DNA from: a virus
Strand: one strand, 5' to 3'
Virus record (IMG/VR): IMGVR_UViG_3300032954_000005
Location: 1 to 64,000 of that record
Length of the DNA: 64,000 nucleotides
Below are positions 10,141-19,588 of the stretch, piece after piece (position 1 is the first letter of the stretch; each line of letters starts with the position of its first letter). The position numbers and the translations under genes were made by a program. The notes below the pieces were generated by a model. The model was not told the origin of the DNA. It ran no database searches and saw nothing but the letters and a program-made list of their open reading frames with translations.

Positions 10141-10517
10141 TTACGCTTCGCCTCCTCCTCGATGCGCTTGTCCGCCTCCTGGAGGTCGTGGATCTCCTGG
10201 TCCACCGCCCGCCAGTGCTCCAGCGCCACATCCTTGTTCATCTTGCCGTCCTGAAGCACGATGATCTCCTGCTGCTGCTGCGCCACCTGGTCCATCACGC
10301 CGCGAATCTGGATGATTCCGCCCAGCGCGGGGATGATGAGCGACAGCGCCCACGCGATGAGAATCTGCCAGCCCGCGAACCGAGGCTTATGGTTTTCCCC
10401 GAGGGACCGCCTCACGACCTCGGCGATCTGGCCAAGCTGAAGCTCGGTAAACACAGGAACGGCGTGGTTCGACGACGAAGTTACGCGGGGGTTCACCTCG
10501 TCAGCTCCCCAGTCCAA
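10137..10517 (-). CDS. Single-TM coiled-coil membrane protein (possible lysis accessory protein)
   Basis: Hydrophobic segment WQILIAWALSLIIPALGGII followed by a Q/E-rich coil; start uncertain. Confidence 0.5.
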   Translation of the reverse strand: MDWGADEVNPRVTSSSNHAVPVFTELQLGQIAEVVRRSLGENHKPRFAGWQILIAWALSLIIPALGGIIQIRGVMDQVAQQQQEIIVLQDGKMNKDVALEHWRAVDQEIHDLQEADKRIEEEAKRK

Positions 10518-10550
10518 TCGCTACGTTTGCCGTCATCAGGCTACATCCTC

Positions 10551-12161
10551 CTACTTAATTCGCAAGCCCGAGTCCACCCAGCTCCCACCCGAGCAGGAGC
10601 AGCCCGTTCCCCGGCACATGCTCCCCGCCGACGCCCCGCCCGAGCAATAATACAGGATATTCGTCCCGCCCGCCTTGACGTAGTAGCCGCTGACCGTCCC
10701 ATTGTCGGCGTGGATCGACGCGCCCGCGCCCGCGGATCCCGATGAGTCGACGAAGATGTCGGCGGTCGTGTCGGCGGGGACGGTATACGGCGTGGCGTGG
10801 GTCGTCGTGTCGGTGTACGTGACGACGTTGTAGCCCGAGAAGCTCCCGCCGATGTTCGTCCCGCTGCAGGGCAGCGCCAGCGCCACCTGGTACCACGTCG
10901 CGCCGTCCGCCGAGACGATGAGGTCGGCGGACTGATACCACGGGTAACAGACGAACGTGACCGTGTTGTTCGGCGAAGCGTTTCCATTCGTAATGTGGGC
11001 CGACGCCCCCGGCTTCGTTCCCAGGCCGTTGTCGTGCCCCACGATTTCGTAGTAAACGGTCGTCGACCCCGTCGTGTTGGGCAGGATGGTCGGCGCCGCG
11101 ATCGCGTTCGCCTTCCCGGTCACGATCCGCCCGTTGAACCCGGTGCCTCCGTTCAACGTGTTCCCGGCGAGGGTCCAGAGCTTACCCGCCCCGACGATCA
11201 CGCTTCCCGTGGTGTTACAGTCCTGGTCGCCGCAGTAAAAGTAGCCCGCCAGCGTGCTAAGGCTCACCGTCGGGTACGCCGTCGTGTCGTTGTCCGTCCA
11301 GTTGCAGTACTCGTTCGGCGCGTTAGCGGGGGTCAGCTCCTCGCACGCGCTAAATGAGCTCAGGACGCCGCCCGACACATGGGTTGGCGTCGACACCGGC
11401 CCGACCTTGCTGCTGTCGCTCGTGAACAGCGCATCGGCCGCGGCGCACGGGTACGCGCCCCGCGAGATGATGACGTTGCTGTAGCCGCCCATGTACTGTC
11501 CTGTGGCCGCGGCGGTCGCTTCCGTCCACGTCAGGTAGTTGTAGTGCGCGCTGTCGATCTGGTCAGCCGACCACGCGCCAGGGGCGGAGCAGGAGATGGG
11601 CAGCGAGTACCCTGAGTTGGAGTCGACGAAGCGAAACCAGTAGCACGCGCCCGACGGGCTTCCTGTCCCCACGTGCGTAACGGTCGCCGGGCACTGCGTC
11701 GGGTCGGGGAGCTGGTACGTGTTCAGCCTTCCCTGGGTGACGAGACCCCCCACCGCGTCATACATCAGCACCGGGACGGAAAAATCAGCCTGCCCCTTGG
11801 TCGTCGGCCACGGGCTCAGCCAGGGGCGGTACGTCAGCTGCTTTGAGTAGCTGGGGTCGGAGGGCGTTCCGTCGGGCTTTAGGAAAATCCAGTCGAGCTC
11901 ACCGGTGTTCTGCATCTGCGTCTTAAAGTAGCGGTAGGTCGCGCTCCCGCCGCCCACGGTGACCGGGCCCTTCGTCAGGAGGCTGGGAAGCGCCTGCCCG
12001 CCCGACAGGTAAGAGTCGAGCGAAAGAAAATTCTGGTTCACGACCGTGTCCCAGTTCGCCGCGTTGTGCGACGGAAGCGTGAGCCCCAGGTTGGGCGTGG
12101 TGCTCTGCGCCCCCGCGGCGAGCGCCGCGAGCAAAAATAGGATAATGCACATTATTTTCAC
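10551..12161 (-). CDS. Cys-rich fibre/spike-like protein with signal peptide
   Basis: MKIMCIILFLLAALAAGAQ followed by STTPNLGLTLPSHNAANWDTVVNQNFLSLD, a motif common at fibre N-termini. Confidence 0.7.
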   Translation of the reverse strand: MKIMCIILFLLAALAAGAQSTTPNLGLTLPSHNAANWDTVVNQNFLSLDSYLSGGQALPSLLTKGPVTVGGGSATYRYFKTQMQNTGELDWIFLKPDGTPSDPSYSKQLTYRPWLSPWPTTKGQADFSVPVLMYDAVGGLVTQGRLNTYQLPDPTQCPATVTHVGTGSPSGACYWFRFVDSNSGYSLPISCSAPGAWSADQIDSAHYNYLTWTEATAAATGQYMGGYSNVIISRGAYPCAAADALFTSDSSKVGPVSTPTHVSGGVLSSFSACEELTPANAPNEYCNWTDNDTTAYPTVSLSTLAGYFYCGDQDCNTTGSVIVGAGKLWTLAGNTLNGGTGFNGRIVTGKANAIAAPTILPNTTGSTTVYYEIVGHDNGLGTKPGASAHITNGNASPNNTVTFVCYPWYQSADLIVSADGATWYQVALALPCSGTNIGGSFSGYNVVTYTDTTTHATPYTVPADTTADIFVDSSGSAGAGASIHADNGTVSGYYVKAGGTNILYYCSGGASAGSMCRGTGCSCSGGSWVDSGLRIK

Positions 12162-12302
12162 GGCCGCGCAACCATCCTTCCACCAAGAATTTTTCGCGTG
12201 TTTTGGAGGTACGGGTACTGGCCCTCTTTGAGCAGGTCGGAAGCCGTGACCGTGACCATGCCACCAACGTTCTCGAAGATCATTCGCGGCGAGTTTGGCA
12301 TC

Positions 12303-15300
12303 TTAGTTCACCGGCTGAACACTCAGCCCTACAAGCTGTATTGCTGTACCCTGCGCTCCGCCGAAGGTGCTGCCCGTGAGTGTAGGCGTTCCGCTGCAAG
12401 TCGCCGTTCCGCTATGTACGGTCGCACCCGTCACAGATGTGCAGGCGTAGCCCGTGTTGGTGATCGTAATCGCTCCCGGTGTCCCGCCACTGACTGCAAT
12501 AGTGCCAGACGCCCCGGTGCAGGTCGGCGTAAAAGTGTCGATGGTGCAGGAACCCGTTCCCGAGAACGATCCGCCAGAACTGTAAGTGGTAGTTGAAAGG
12601 CCAGTCGCGGAGAAGAACAATTCGACTTGGGCATTGTAGCTGCCCGTTCCGGGTGCGGTCGGCTGCGCTGTAGCATTGACCGTTCCGGCGGTAGACGACG
12701 GCATGACGATAGCCGTGTAATCCGAAATAACGTGACCATCGGCTGCAGCGGTTGCCGTCTCCTGAAAGGTTACTGATGCTAGGTACTTCGTTATAGCATT
12801 ACCGAGCGCCATCGTCTGCTGCGGATTGACCGCCAGCGTACTCCCGTTGTACAGACGCAGAGTGAGCGTAGGGGCGGTAGTCGGAGTCCAGATGGCAAAA
12901 TCGGCGCGTATCAGCAGTTGCTTGCCGGCAGAAGTAAAGTAGTTCGCGCTTACCGGGTAGTTGGTAGCAAACGTGGCAATCGTGCCACCACTAATGGGGT
13001 CCGTTACGTTAGGACAGCTCGTCGCGCCACCAATAAAAGTTACTGAGGTATCGCCTGCGTGCGCACTAATACAGTCACTGGATGGAACCTGCACGTTTGC
13101 CGTCTGCGCCAGCGCCGCACCTACCGGAATAATGGGAAGCTGATTCCACGTTCCGGGGGTTCCGGCGGAAACACACGTCCACCCGGCCACGCCGCTCCCA
13201 GCCGGGGCTGTGTTCCAAACCGTATCGCCTACGTTGTGTGCTCCGCTAATGGGCACCGCCGTTCCATAGGAGACATTGAACCATGTCGTGCCGCCACTCT
13301 TCGCCGTCCACGCGGAGGCGTTCGTGCCGTCCTTGAAGGTCGAGCCCGCAACCACGGCGTTCGACGGAAACATGGCCGTGGTCAAAGCTAGAGCGTTTTG
13401 CGTCAGGCCATCAATCAAGATCGTCGAGCCAGAACCTGCATAGACCGGGCCGACGTAGTTAGTGGTCGTGCCACCCGTAATTGAAACCGTTCCACCCTTG
13501 ATGTTAAGAACGCTGCCAGTCGTGCCGGACAGGTTATAGCCGTAGACCATCTGCGTCGTGCTCAGATCATCATGGATGTCATTGTTCTCCATGTACTGAG
13601 TCAGCGCGTTGCTGGGGTTGTATTCGTAGATACCCGCACGGTACGCCGAGGTCACGGTTGCAGACTTGGCGGAGCCGCAATTAAACAAATGGTTGTTCTT
13701 GATGACTGCGTTTGGGGTCGTTGCGGCGTTCCAGAAACATGCGCCCGTTGGGTTTATCGCCGTATTGCCATCGAACACGAAGTGAGTAACGGTAGTGCCG
13801 TTCACATCCATCAGTCCGAACGCCTGGCCTCCAGTAACATAGGTGGTCTCGCTTCCCGACTGCGCATCGTAGCCGTCGTACTCCACGAGGTTGCCTGTCC
13901 ACGACATGCTCTCGATGGGCAGGTTCGTAGAGCCGTCCGTATAGATGCCGCGTGGGTAGCCAGTCAGCGCTCCGCCGTTGCTTGGCTTAGTTGTCCACGA
14001 GGCGTTGGCGATCTTGATGTTGTTATTCGCTGCTATGACGTTGTGCAGTCCGTATCCAGAATTATGAGAGCTGTACGTTTCAGAAATGAGACGGATGCCG
14101 TTGTAGAGGTCTTTGCCGACATTGTTCGAGACGTTGATGAGCACACTGTCGGTAATAGCTACGCCCGTCACGTTCATAAACTGATAGAAGCCCACTGCGT
14201 GGTTTCCCTGAATGACTGTGTTGCCACTGTGAGTCTCAATCGCCGCCACACATCCGGCCTTGTTTATCGCGCAGAGAAAGTGATTGTTCGTAATAGAAAC
14301 ATCGTCATTCGTGGTGTAGACGATGGAAGAGTCGAACCAATACGTGCTCCCCGAAGTGTTGACCGAGAAAATGTTGTTATCTATGACGGTGTGATCGGTG
14401 TGGAGCGAGAAGGCATTGGCTGTAGCTAGGTCTATCAACTGCGAGTTCAGCACGCGGTTGTTGCTTCCCGAGGAGGCATAGAAAATCGTGCGCCGATAAG
14501 TCCCGGTGTTCGATGTAGTAGGGTTCCCGGTTGTGTTCGCATTCACGATCAGGTTACTGAACGTGACGTTGGAATACGCTCCGCCGTTGGTGCCAAAGAT
14601 GGATTGATAATCGCCTGTAGAGTCGGCAACCTTAACCCCACCTATACCTTGCCCCTCGAATGTCACACTTCCTCCCGACATAGCAATTAGATGGTCAGAA
14701 AGGTTTGAGGCTTGGGTGATGGTCACAACACATGGGAATAAGACTGTACCGGACGCGGCAATTGCGGCACTCGTGGCGGATTGCACCGCTGCCGTGCTAT
14801 CCCCACTGCCGCATGTTGCGCCATAGCCAACGACATTGAAAGTGCTTCCGGCTCCTCCTGCTGTGGCCTGACCCCACGTACCTGTTCCTGCCGTGATGTT
14901 CTGGCACGTCCACAACTGCCCTGTGGAGTTGACGAGGTTCCCCGGCGCTCCCTGTGGGCAACTCCCCGAGGGCGCGGCCGCCACAGTAATCACCGCGCTA
15001 GGCGGAAAATTCGGGTTCGGGCCGGGAAGCGCCTTCGCCGCGGCGCTCAGCACGGCGGAAAGGTCCTGCGTCGCGCCGTTTATCGTCGCGACGACCGACG
15101 CGCAGTACTGCCCGGTGCTGTCGCAGAAAGCGATGGTCCACGTGGTGTTCGCGGGCGTGATCCCCGCCGCCGACCAAAGGCGCTGCGTAAAGCTCCCGCC
15201 GCCGCTCAGGATGCCGCTGTAGTACTGCGGGGTCACCGCGCCGTCGCCCACGAACGTCGCGCGATCGACGCCCGTGTTGAGCGTGGCGGTCCACGTCCCG

Positions 15301-15416
15301 CCCGCGTACGCCTTCCCGTTCGGGTCGACGATCGTCGCACTGACCGTGGTGTACTGCTGCGCCCGCGCGGCCAAGGAAAGTAAAAACAGCGCGAGGAGCA
15401 AAAGCCTAGATCGCAC
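12303..15416 (-). CDS. Tail spike / depolymerase with right-handed beta-helix (pectate-lyase-like), with signal peptide
   Basis: MRSRLLLLALFLLSLAARAQ; FNVVGYGATCGSGDSTAAVQSA beta-helix entry motif; Asn-rich coils. Confidence 0.8.
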   Translation of the reverse strand: MRSRLLLLALFLLSLAARAQQYTTVSATIVDPNGKAYAGGTWTATLNTGVDRATFVGDGAVTPQYYSGILSGGGSFTQRLWSAAGITPANTTWTIAFCDSTGQYCASVVATINGATQDLSAVLSAAAKALPGPNPNFPPSAVITVAAAPSGSCPQGAPGNLVNSTGQLWTCQNITAGTGTWGQATAGGAGSTFNVVGYGATCGSGDSTAAVQSATSAAIAASGTVLFPCVVTITQASNLSDHLIAMSGGSVTFEGQGIGGVKVADSTGDYQSIFGTNGGAYSNVTFSNLIVNANTTGNPTTSNTGTYRRTIFYASSGSNNRVLNSQLIDLATANAFSLHTDHTVIDNNIFSVNTSGSTYWFDSSIVYTTNDDVSITNNHFLCAINKAGCVAAIETHSGNTVIQGNHAVGFYQFMNVTGVAITDSVLINVSNNVGKDLYNGIRLISETYSSHNSGYGLHNVIAANNNIKIANASWTTKPSNGGALTGYPRGIYTDGSTNLPIESMSWTGNLVEYDGYDAQSGSETTYVTGGQAFGLMDVNGTTVTHFVFDGNTAINPTGACFWNAATTPNAVIKNNHLFNCGSAKSATVTSAYRAGIYEYNPSNALTQYMENNDIHDDLSTTQMVYGYNLSGTTGSVLNIKGGTVSITGGTTTNYVGPVYAGSGSTILIDGLTQNALALTTAMFPSNAVVAGSTFKDGTNASAWTAKSGGTTWFNVSYGTAVPISGAHNVGDTVWNTAPAGSGVAGWTCVSAGTPGTWNQLPIIPVGAALAQTANVQVPSSDCISAHAGDTSVTFIGGATSCPNVTDPISGGTIATFATNYPVSANYFTSAGKQLLIRADFAIWTPTTAPTLTLRLYNGSTLAVNPQQTMALGNAITKYLASVTFQETATAAADGHVISDYTAIVMPSSTAGTVNATAQPTAPGTGSYNAQVELFFSATGLSTTTYSSGGSFSGTGSCTIDTFTPTCTGASGTIAVSGGTPGAITITNTGYACTSVTGATVHSGTATCSGTPTLTGSTFGGAQGTAIQLVGLSVQPVN

Positions 15417-15708
15417 GCCTTACCGCCTCCTCGTTGGCGCCCAGCCTCTCCATGAACCTCGCAAACTCAGTTTGGGCGCGGGCGCTCCTCGACCTGCGCT
15501 TTACGTTCGATGTCTTCGCCCCCTCCGCGTCGAGCGTCTTCGCGTTCGCGGGCGGAACGACGGGGGCGACGATCTCCAACCGAAGCGCGATCACCCCGTC
15601 GCTGGGGGTCACCTCCCGCTGCAGGCGCTTGAAGCGCGCGGAGTCGACGCCGAACGCCCGCACCATCTCATCGAGGTAGGCCAGGAGAAGCTTTTCGTCC
15701 TTCGTCAT
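15406..15708 (-). CDS. Hypothetical protein
   Basis: Start MTKDEKLLL at 15708 overlaps the terL stop (ATGA). Confidence 0.55.
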   Translation of the reverse strand: MTKDEKLLLAYLDEMVRAFGVDSARFKRLQREVTPSDGVIALRLEIVAPVVPPANAKTLDAEGAKTSNVKRRSRSARAQTEFARFMERLGANEEAVRRAI

Positions 15709-17090
15709 GCCTGCTGTAGCCTCCACGGCGCCAGCTTCGTGTGTACGCCGTACCGAAGGCAATCCTCCGGGTCGTCGTCCTTCTTCAGCGGCTGCTCCAC
15801 CCCGCGCGCCGCGGCCTTTTCGTCCCACTGGTAGTTCGGCAGGTGCGCGACCAGGACGGGACAGTTGTCCTTGTGAATCCTGATCAGGCGCCGCGTGAGC
15901 GCTGACGACACGGTGCGGATTCCGTCCATCACGTCGTTGTTCGCAATACAGTACCAGATTCCACGCTGAACGAGCTCCGCCTCGAACGACGCGCACTCCG
16001 GGGGAAGAATCACCTGCGCGTCGGGCGCGACGTTCTTGTTGCCCGGCTCCCAGCGGCCCGTCGCGTGGTTGAAGCGCGCGTGAAGAAACTCCTCCAGGTC
16101 GTCGGCGTACTGGGCATCGGTTTTTTGGCGCACGGTCTGCTGCGTGTGCGAGTCGCGCGGAACCCAGCGCGCGTCGTCGTGGTCGAAGGTCGACGCGTGC
16201 GAGTCCCACACGTACTCACGCTCCACCCAAAGCGTCTTCCCGTCGTCGAAGATGTCGAAGTACACCTGCGGGTGGTCGGTCCCGTAGTCCACGGGCACGT
16301 ACCGTTCAGCGTAGCCCCCCGCGACGAGGAGCCCCTTCGGGCGCGTCGCGTCGTCGTACAGCAAATCGTCCGACCACGAGTCGCGATAGATCGCACCCGA
16401 CGCCACGACCCACCGGCCGAGGACGAAGCGCTCACGAAACACGCCCGCGTACAGCGAGTTGAGGTACGCCTTGTACGCCTCCGACACGTGCGGGTTGTCG
16501 GCGAGCGTAAAGTGCATGCTGAACAGCGTCCCAGCGTCGATCAGCTTACGGTTGTCGAGAAGCTCCTTCTTCACGTAGTGCTGCGGATTGTCGGGGTTCG
16601 TCGTGAAGTAGGCGCGCGCGTTGTCGGGCGACATGCGGTTGAGGAGCATCATCACGAACGACTTCGGCATCAACGTCAGCTCGTCGCCGATCACGCGCCC
16701 CACGGTCGCGCCGCGCACGTACTTCTCCGACCCCTCGTCCTTCGCGCCCATCACGAGCCACCGCGAGCCGAACAGCGTAAGCTCTCCCGACTGTCGGTTA
16801 TAGGTGTAGTTCTCCGGCCCGATCAGCGTGAACAGGTCGTTCAGCACGTTCGTGTAGATCGTCTGCTTCGACACGCCGGTGAAGAGGCCGACGCCCCCCA
16901 CGTCGTAGCGCGTGAGCGCCAATGCCTTCGGGTGAAGCGCCCAGGTCTTCGCCGAGCGCACCGCGCCGTGAAGGACGTTGATGCGCGCGTCGTACTCAGG
17001 CGGGCGCAGCGCGAAGCGCGCCACGCGCGGCGTGAACGGCTTCAGCGCAGACATAAGAAGCAGCGCGTAAAGAAAAGGTAAGGCGCGCAC
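15705..17090 (-). CDS. terL: Terminase large subunit (PBSX/Terminase_6-like)
   Basis: Walker A GAVRSAKT, Walker B VIGDE, TTNPD coupling motif, nuclease VDYG and C-terminal DDDPEDCLRY. Confidence 0.93.
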   Translation of the reverse strand: MRALPFLYALLLMSALKPFTPRVARFALRPPEYDARINVLHGAVRSAKTWALHPKALALTRYDVGGVGLFTGVSKQTIYTNVLNDLFTLIGPENYTYNRQSGELTLFGSRWLVMGAKDEGSEKYVRGATVGRVIGDELTLMPKSFVMMLLNRMSPDNARAYFTTNPDNPQHYVKKELLDNRKLIDAGTLFSMHFTLADNPHVSEAYKAYLNSLYAGVFRERFVLGRWVVASGAIYRDSWSDDLLYDDATRPKGLLVAGGYAERYVPVDYGTDHPQVYFDIFDDGKTLWVEREYVWDSHASTFDHDDARWVPRDSHTQQTVRQKTDAQYADDLEEFLHARFNHATGRWEPGNKNVAPDAQVILPPECASFEAELVQRGIWYCIANNDVMDGIRTVSSALTRRLIRIHKDNCPVLVAHLPNYQWDEKAAARGVEQPLKKDDDPEDCLRYGVHTKLAPWRLQQA

Positions 17091-17115
17091 ATTTAGCCTT
17101 CGAGCGTGATCCTAC

Positions 17116-17381
17116 CTAGCCGACCAGCTCCTCGAGCTCCCGCCAAAAGCTTCTGCGCAACCACGAGGTTCGACTGCGCGGAGGAGTGAAAGGCGACGAT
17201 CCCCACCGGCTGCGTAGCTTCCTTCGGCTCCCCCGACGAGCCCCTGCCCGCGGCAGCGGTCGAGCAGGCTTCGAAGGCGCACTGAGACGTTCGCCGAAAG
17301 TTCGTCGAGCTCGCGCGCCACGCCATGAAGCGACGCGTCGTTAGGTATCTTGGTGGGGATTGAATCGTTTAGAACGAGCAT
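17116..17381 (-). pseudogene. Small ORF interrupted by two apparent +1 G insertions (pseudogene or sequencing error)
   Basis: Removing one G from each of two G runs gives MLVLNDSIP...GLVGEPKEATQPVG...QKLLAELEELVG*. Confidence 0.4.
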
Positions 17382-17403
17382 ATTGATTCTCCTTCTTTGT
17401 TTG

Positions 17404-17733
17404 TCATTGAACCTTCGGTCCTTCCCCCGTGGAAGACGGCACATCATCGGTGGCGGGGACCGCGATCTCGCCGAACTGCCGCTCGTACTCACGCAGCTGA
17501 TTCACGAGCGCCGCGCAGAACGCCTTCGCGTGCGCGGGGGTCATCACGACGTTCGCGCGCAGCGCGTGGCGCATCGCGGGCTTCGGGAACCTGACGGTCA
17601 CGACCTCGCTGAGCAAAAACCGAAAGTCCCAGGCCGTGGTCTGCACCTGCGCGAAGTTACAGTACGCCGCCGCGGCGATCGCATCCCCCTCGAGGGGTGT
17701 CATTACGAACAGGTCGTCAGGCTTCGTCGTCAC
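17404..17733 (-). CDS. DUF3467-like protein
   Basis: YCNFAQV..T.WDFRF.....VVMTPAHAKAF...L...LREYERQFGEI pattern. Confidence 0.75.
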   Translation of the reverse strand: MTTKPDDLFVMTPLEGDAIAAAAYCNFAQVQTTAWDFRFLLSEVVTVRFPKPAMRHALRANVVMTPAHAKAFCAALVNQLREYERQFGEIAVPATDDVPSSTGEGPKVQ

Positions 17734-18262
17734 CAGGTTTCTCCTTCGTCAGTATAGCGTACTGCTTCCTAAACTCCGCGAGGAGGTCGTCCAAGGCGCC
17801 GCGGTCCTTAAGCTCGCCCTCGAACAGCTTGAGGTACTTCCCGAGCATCTCGAGCGCGGGCACGCGGTTCGCCAGCTTATACTTAACGATCGCCCCGTCC
17901 GAGGACACGTCGATCGCGGCGAGGGCATAGGCCGTCGTCTGGTCGAGCTCGTTGACGCGCTTGAGGGAACCGTCGAAGGCGTACACGTTGCGTGGGTCGT
18001 AGAACGCGATCCTCGCGAGGTGCCGCAGCACGTTCTCCGGCGTAACGTCGAGCGCGACGGGCTCCGCCACGCGCTCACGGCGTTCGCAGAGGGCGCGGCG
18101 CGCCTCCTTATCCTCGTCCCATCGGGTCGCGGCATGCGTTTCCGGGGGAGGATCTGGCCCGGCGCCGCGACGCCACAAAGATGGTGCAGCACCACGCCCT
18201 CTGCGCGCGTCGCCAGCGGTCGTAGGCGGAGCGTCCTTATTCTTTTCACGTTTACGGGCCAC
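17717..18262 (-). CDS. terS: Terminase small subunit
   Basis: DVTPENVLRHLARIAFYDPRNVY..DG.LK and YKLANRVPALEMLGKYLKLFE; upstream of terL. Confidence 0.8.
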   Translation of the reverse strand: MARKREKNKDAPPTTAGDARRGRGAAPSLWRRGAGPDPPPETHAATRWDEDKEARRALCERRERVAEPVALDVTPENVLRHLARIAFYDPRNVYAFDGSLKRVNELDQTTAYALAAIDVSSDGAIVKYKLANRVPALEMLGKYLKLFEGELKDRGALDDLLAEFRKQYAILTKEKPGDDEA

Positions 18263-18269
18263 ACCGTCT

Positions 18270-18545
18270 CTAGCGCGTCCTCATCTGCCACACGATGACC
18301 CCGGCCGAGGGGCGTTGGTGCCACGCGCTGCGAAATTCGCCGTTGTGCCAAGCGAGCTCGTCGAGGGGCTTAGGAGGAGGAAGAAGCTGGAGGGCGACGA
18401 TCGTCGAGTCGTCGTCGGTAGCGGTAAAAATGCGGTACCGGCCCTGACGCGCGCGAACCGCGGCGTCGGCGCGCGTAACGTAAAAGAGCGCGGGATCAAC
18501 CCGCGGGTTCACGTCGCTCGCGAAGACAGCGATGGTCTTGGCCAT
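18270..18545 (-). CDS. Hypothetical protein
   Basis: 91 aa first ORF of the leftward operon. Confidence 0.55.
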   Translation of the reverse strand: MAKTIAVFASDVNPRVDPALFYVTRADAAVRARQGRYRIFTATDDDSTIVALQLLPPPKPLDELAWHNGEFRSAWHQRPSAGVIVWQMRTR

Positions 18546-18630
18546 TTTTTAGCAGGACCGCCGTCGGTCGGGCGGGGCGACGAAGCAGCAACGCGCTGCG
18601 CTCATTTTAGCTTTGGAACGGCGAAGGTCA

Positions 18631-18659
18631 AATGTAGCACAGGGGTGGAAAATTGTAAA
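18631..18659 (-). promoter_or_regulatory. Sigma70-like promoter for the packaging/structural operon
   Basis: Minus strand TTTACA-17 bp-TACATT with TG extended -10. Confidence 0.65.
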
Positions 18660-18693
18660 CAACAAAATGCGAAGCGCGCGGCGCGGGGCTCTT

Positions 18694-19227
18694 GTTATCA
18701 CGTTATCACGTTATCAATAAAAATATAGGTTAAGGTAGGATATAGGGGTAGATTAACAGTTAATGTTTGTGTTAACTGTTTGGAGCGTAATAATATACCG
18801 GTAGGTAGGCTACAGGCCTTAAAAAGTTGATAACGTGATAACGTGATAAAAATCACTATTTTGTGACTCATCGTAGGCCATATGTGATAACGTGATAATG
18901 ACAAAAGCCGCGCCCCTGCGGGCTGCGCGCTCAGAATTTATCACGTTATCACTTAAAACTGAGTTTTAAGGCGCCTGGGCTCCCCTAAAAACGATCGTGA
19001 TAATAAGTGCACAAACGCGCACGATTCTTTACGTCGCGGGCCGGGACTTTTCGTTTTTCGGCCAATTTTTAGGCCCCCAAAATTGAAATTTTCGTTATCA
19101 CGTTATCACCTTAGTGTTAAGCTCCGACCAGGCCTAGCCTTTTCGCCCGTTCTATTGATAAAATGTGATAAAACTATTTTCGCGAACCGGCCCCGTCGAT
19201 TTATAAATTAAGGTGATAACGTGATAA
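18694..19227. repeat. AT-rich region with about 17 GTTATCAC/GTGATAAC 8-mer iterons; putative replication origin or pac region
   Basis: Blocks at 18694-18716, 18828-18849, 18884-18898, 18938-18952, 18996-19003, 19093-19109, 19156-19171 and 19213-19227, in both orientations, between the terS operon and the primase operon. Confidence 0.8.
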
Positions 19228-19238
19228 AAACTTTGTGG

Positions 19239-19268
19239 TTTACAACGAGTCCGCCGCAGGTTTATTAT
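19239..19268 (+). promoter_or_regulatory. Sigma70-like promoter for the replication operon
   Basis: TTTACA-18 bp-TATTAT. Confidence 0.55.
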
Positions 19269-19309
19269 TTAATTTCTTTAATAAAGTCCTCTCGCGAAAG
19301 GAAAAACGC

Positions 19310-19588
19310 GTGGCCGTTAACGTTCGCTCGCTTCTTGCGTCGCTCGATCGCCGCCCCGCCTCTGAGCTTTTTCCACCCGTGACGTTCGGCGTCCAAAGGT
19401 ACGGGCGCCCGCACCAGGCGCTCGGCTACAAGACGGGCGAGGCGCTCGCGCGCCACGTTCGCGCCGCTCACCCCGACCTCGCGGCGCCTGACCCGGCGTG
19501 CGCAGCCTGCCGCGAGATCCAACAACGCTCCGACGCTCTAAAAAAGGATAAAAGATGCCCGTCGTCAACTGGATCAACCTCCCCCTGA
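19310..19588 (+). CDS. Hypothetical protein (possible zinc-binding H..H..CxxC)
   Basis: GTG start downstream of AAAGGA; HVRAAH...CAAC. Confidence 0.5.
   Translation: MAVNVRSLLASLDRRPASELFPPVTFGVQRYGRPHQALGYKTGEALARHVRAAHPDLAAPDPACAACREIQQRSDALKKDKRCPSSTGSTSP

Noticed and set aside
17093-17381. Programmed frameshifting in the small ORF before terL (also at 25827-26076)
   Set aside because: Single extra G bases in short G runs with no slippery heptamer; sequencing error or decay is more likely
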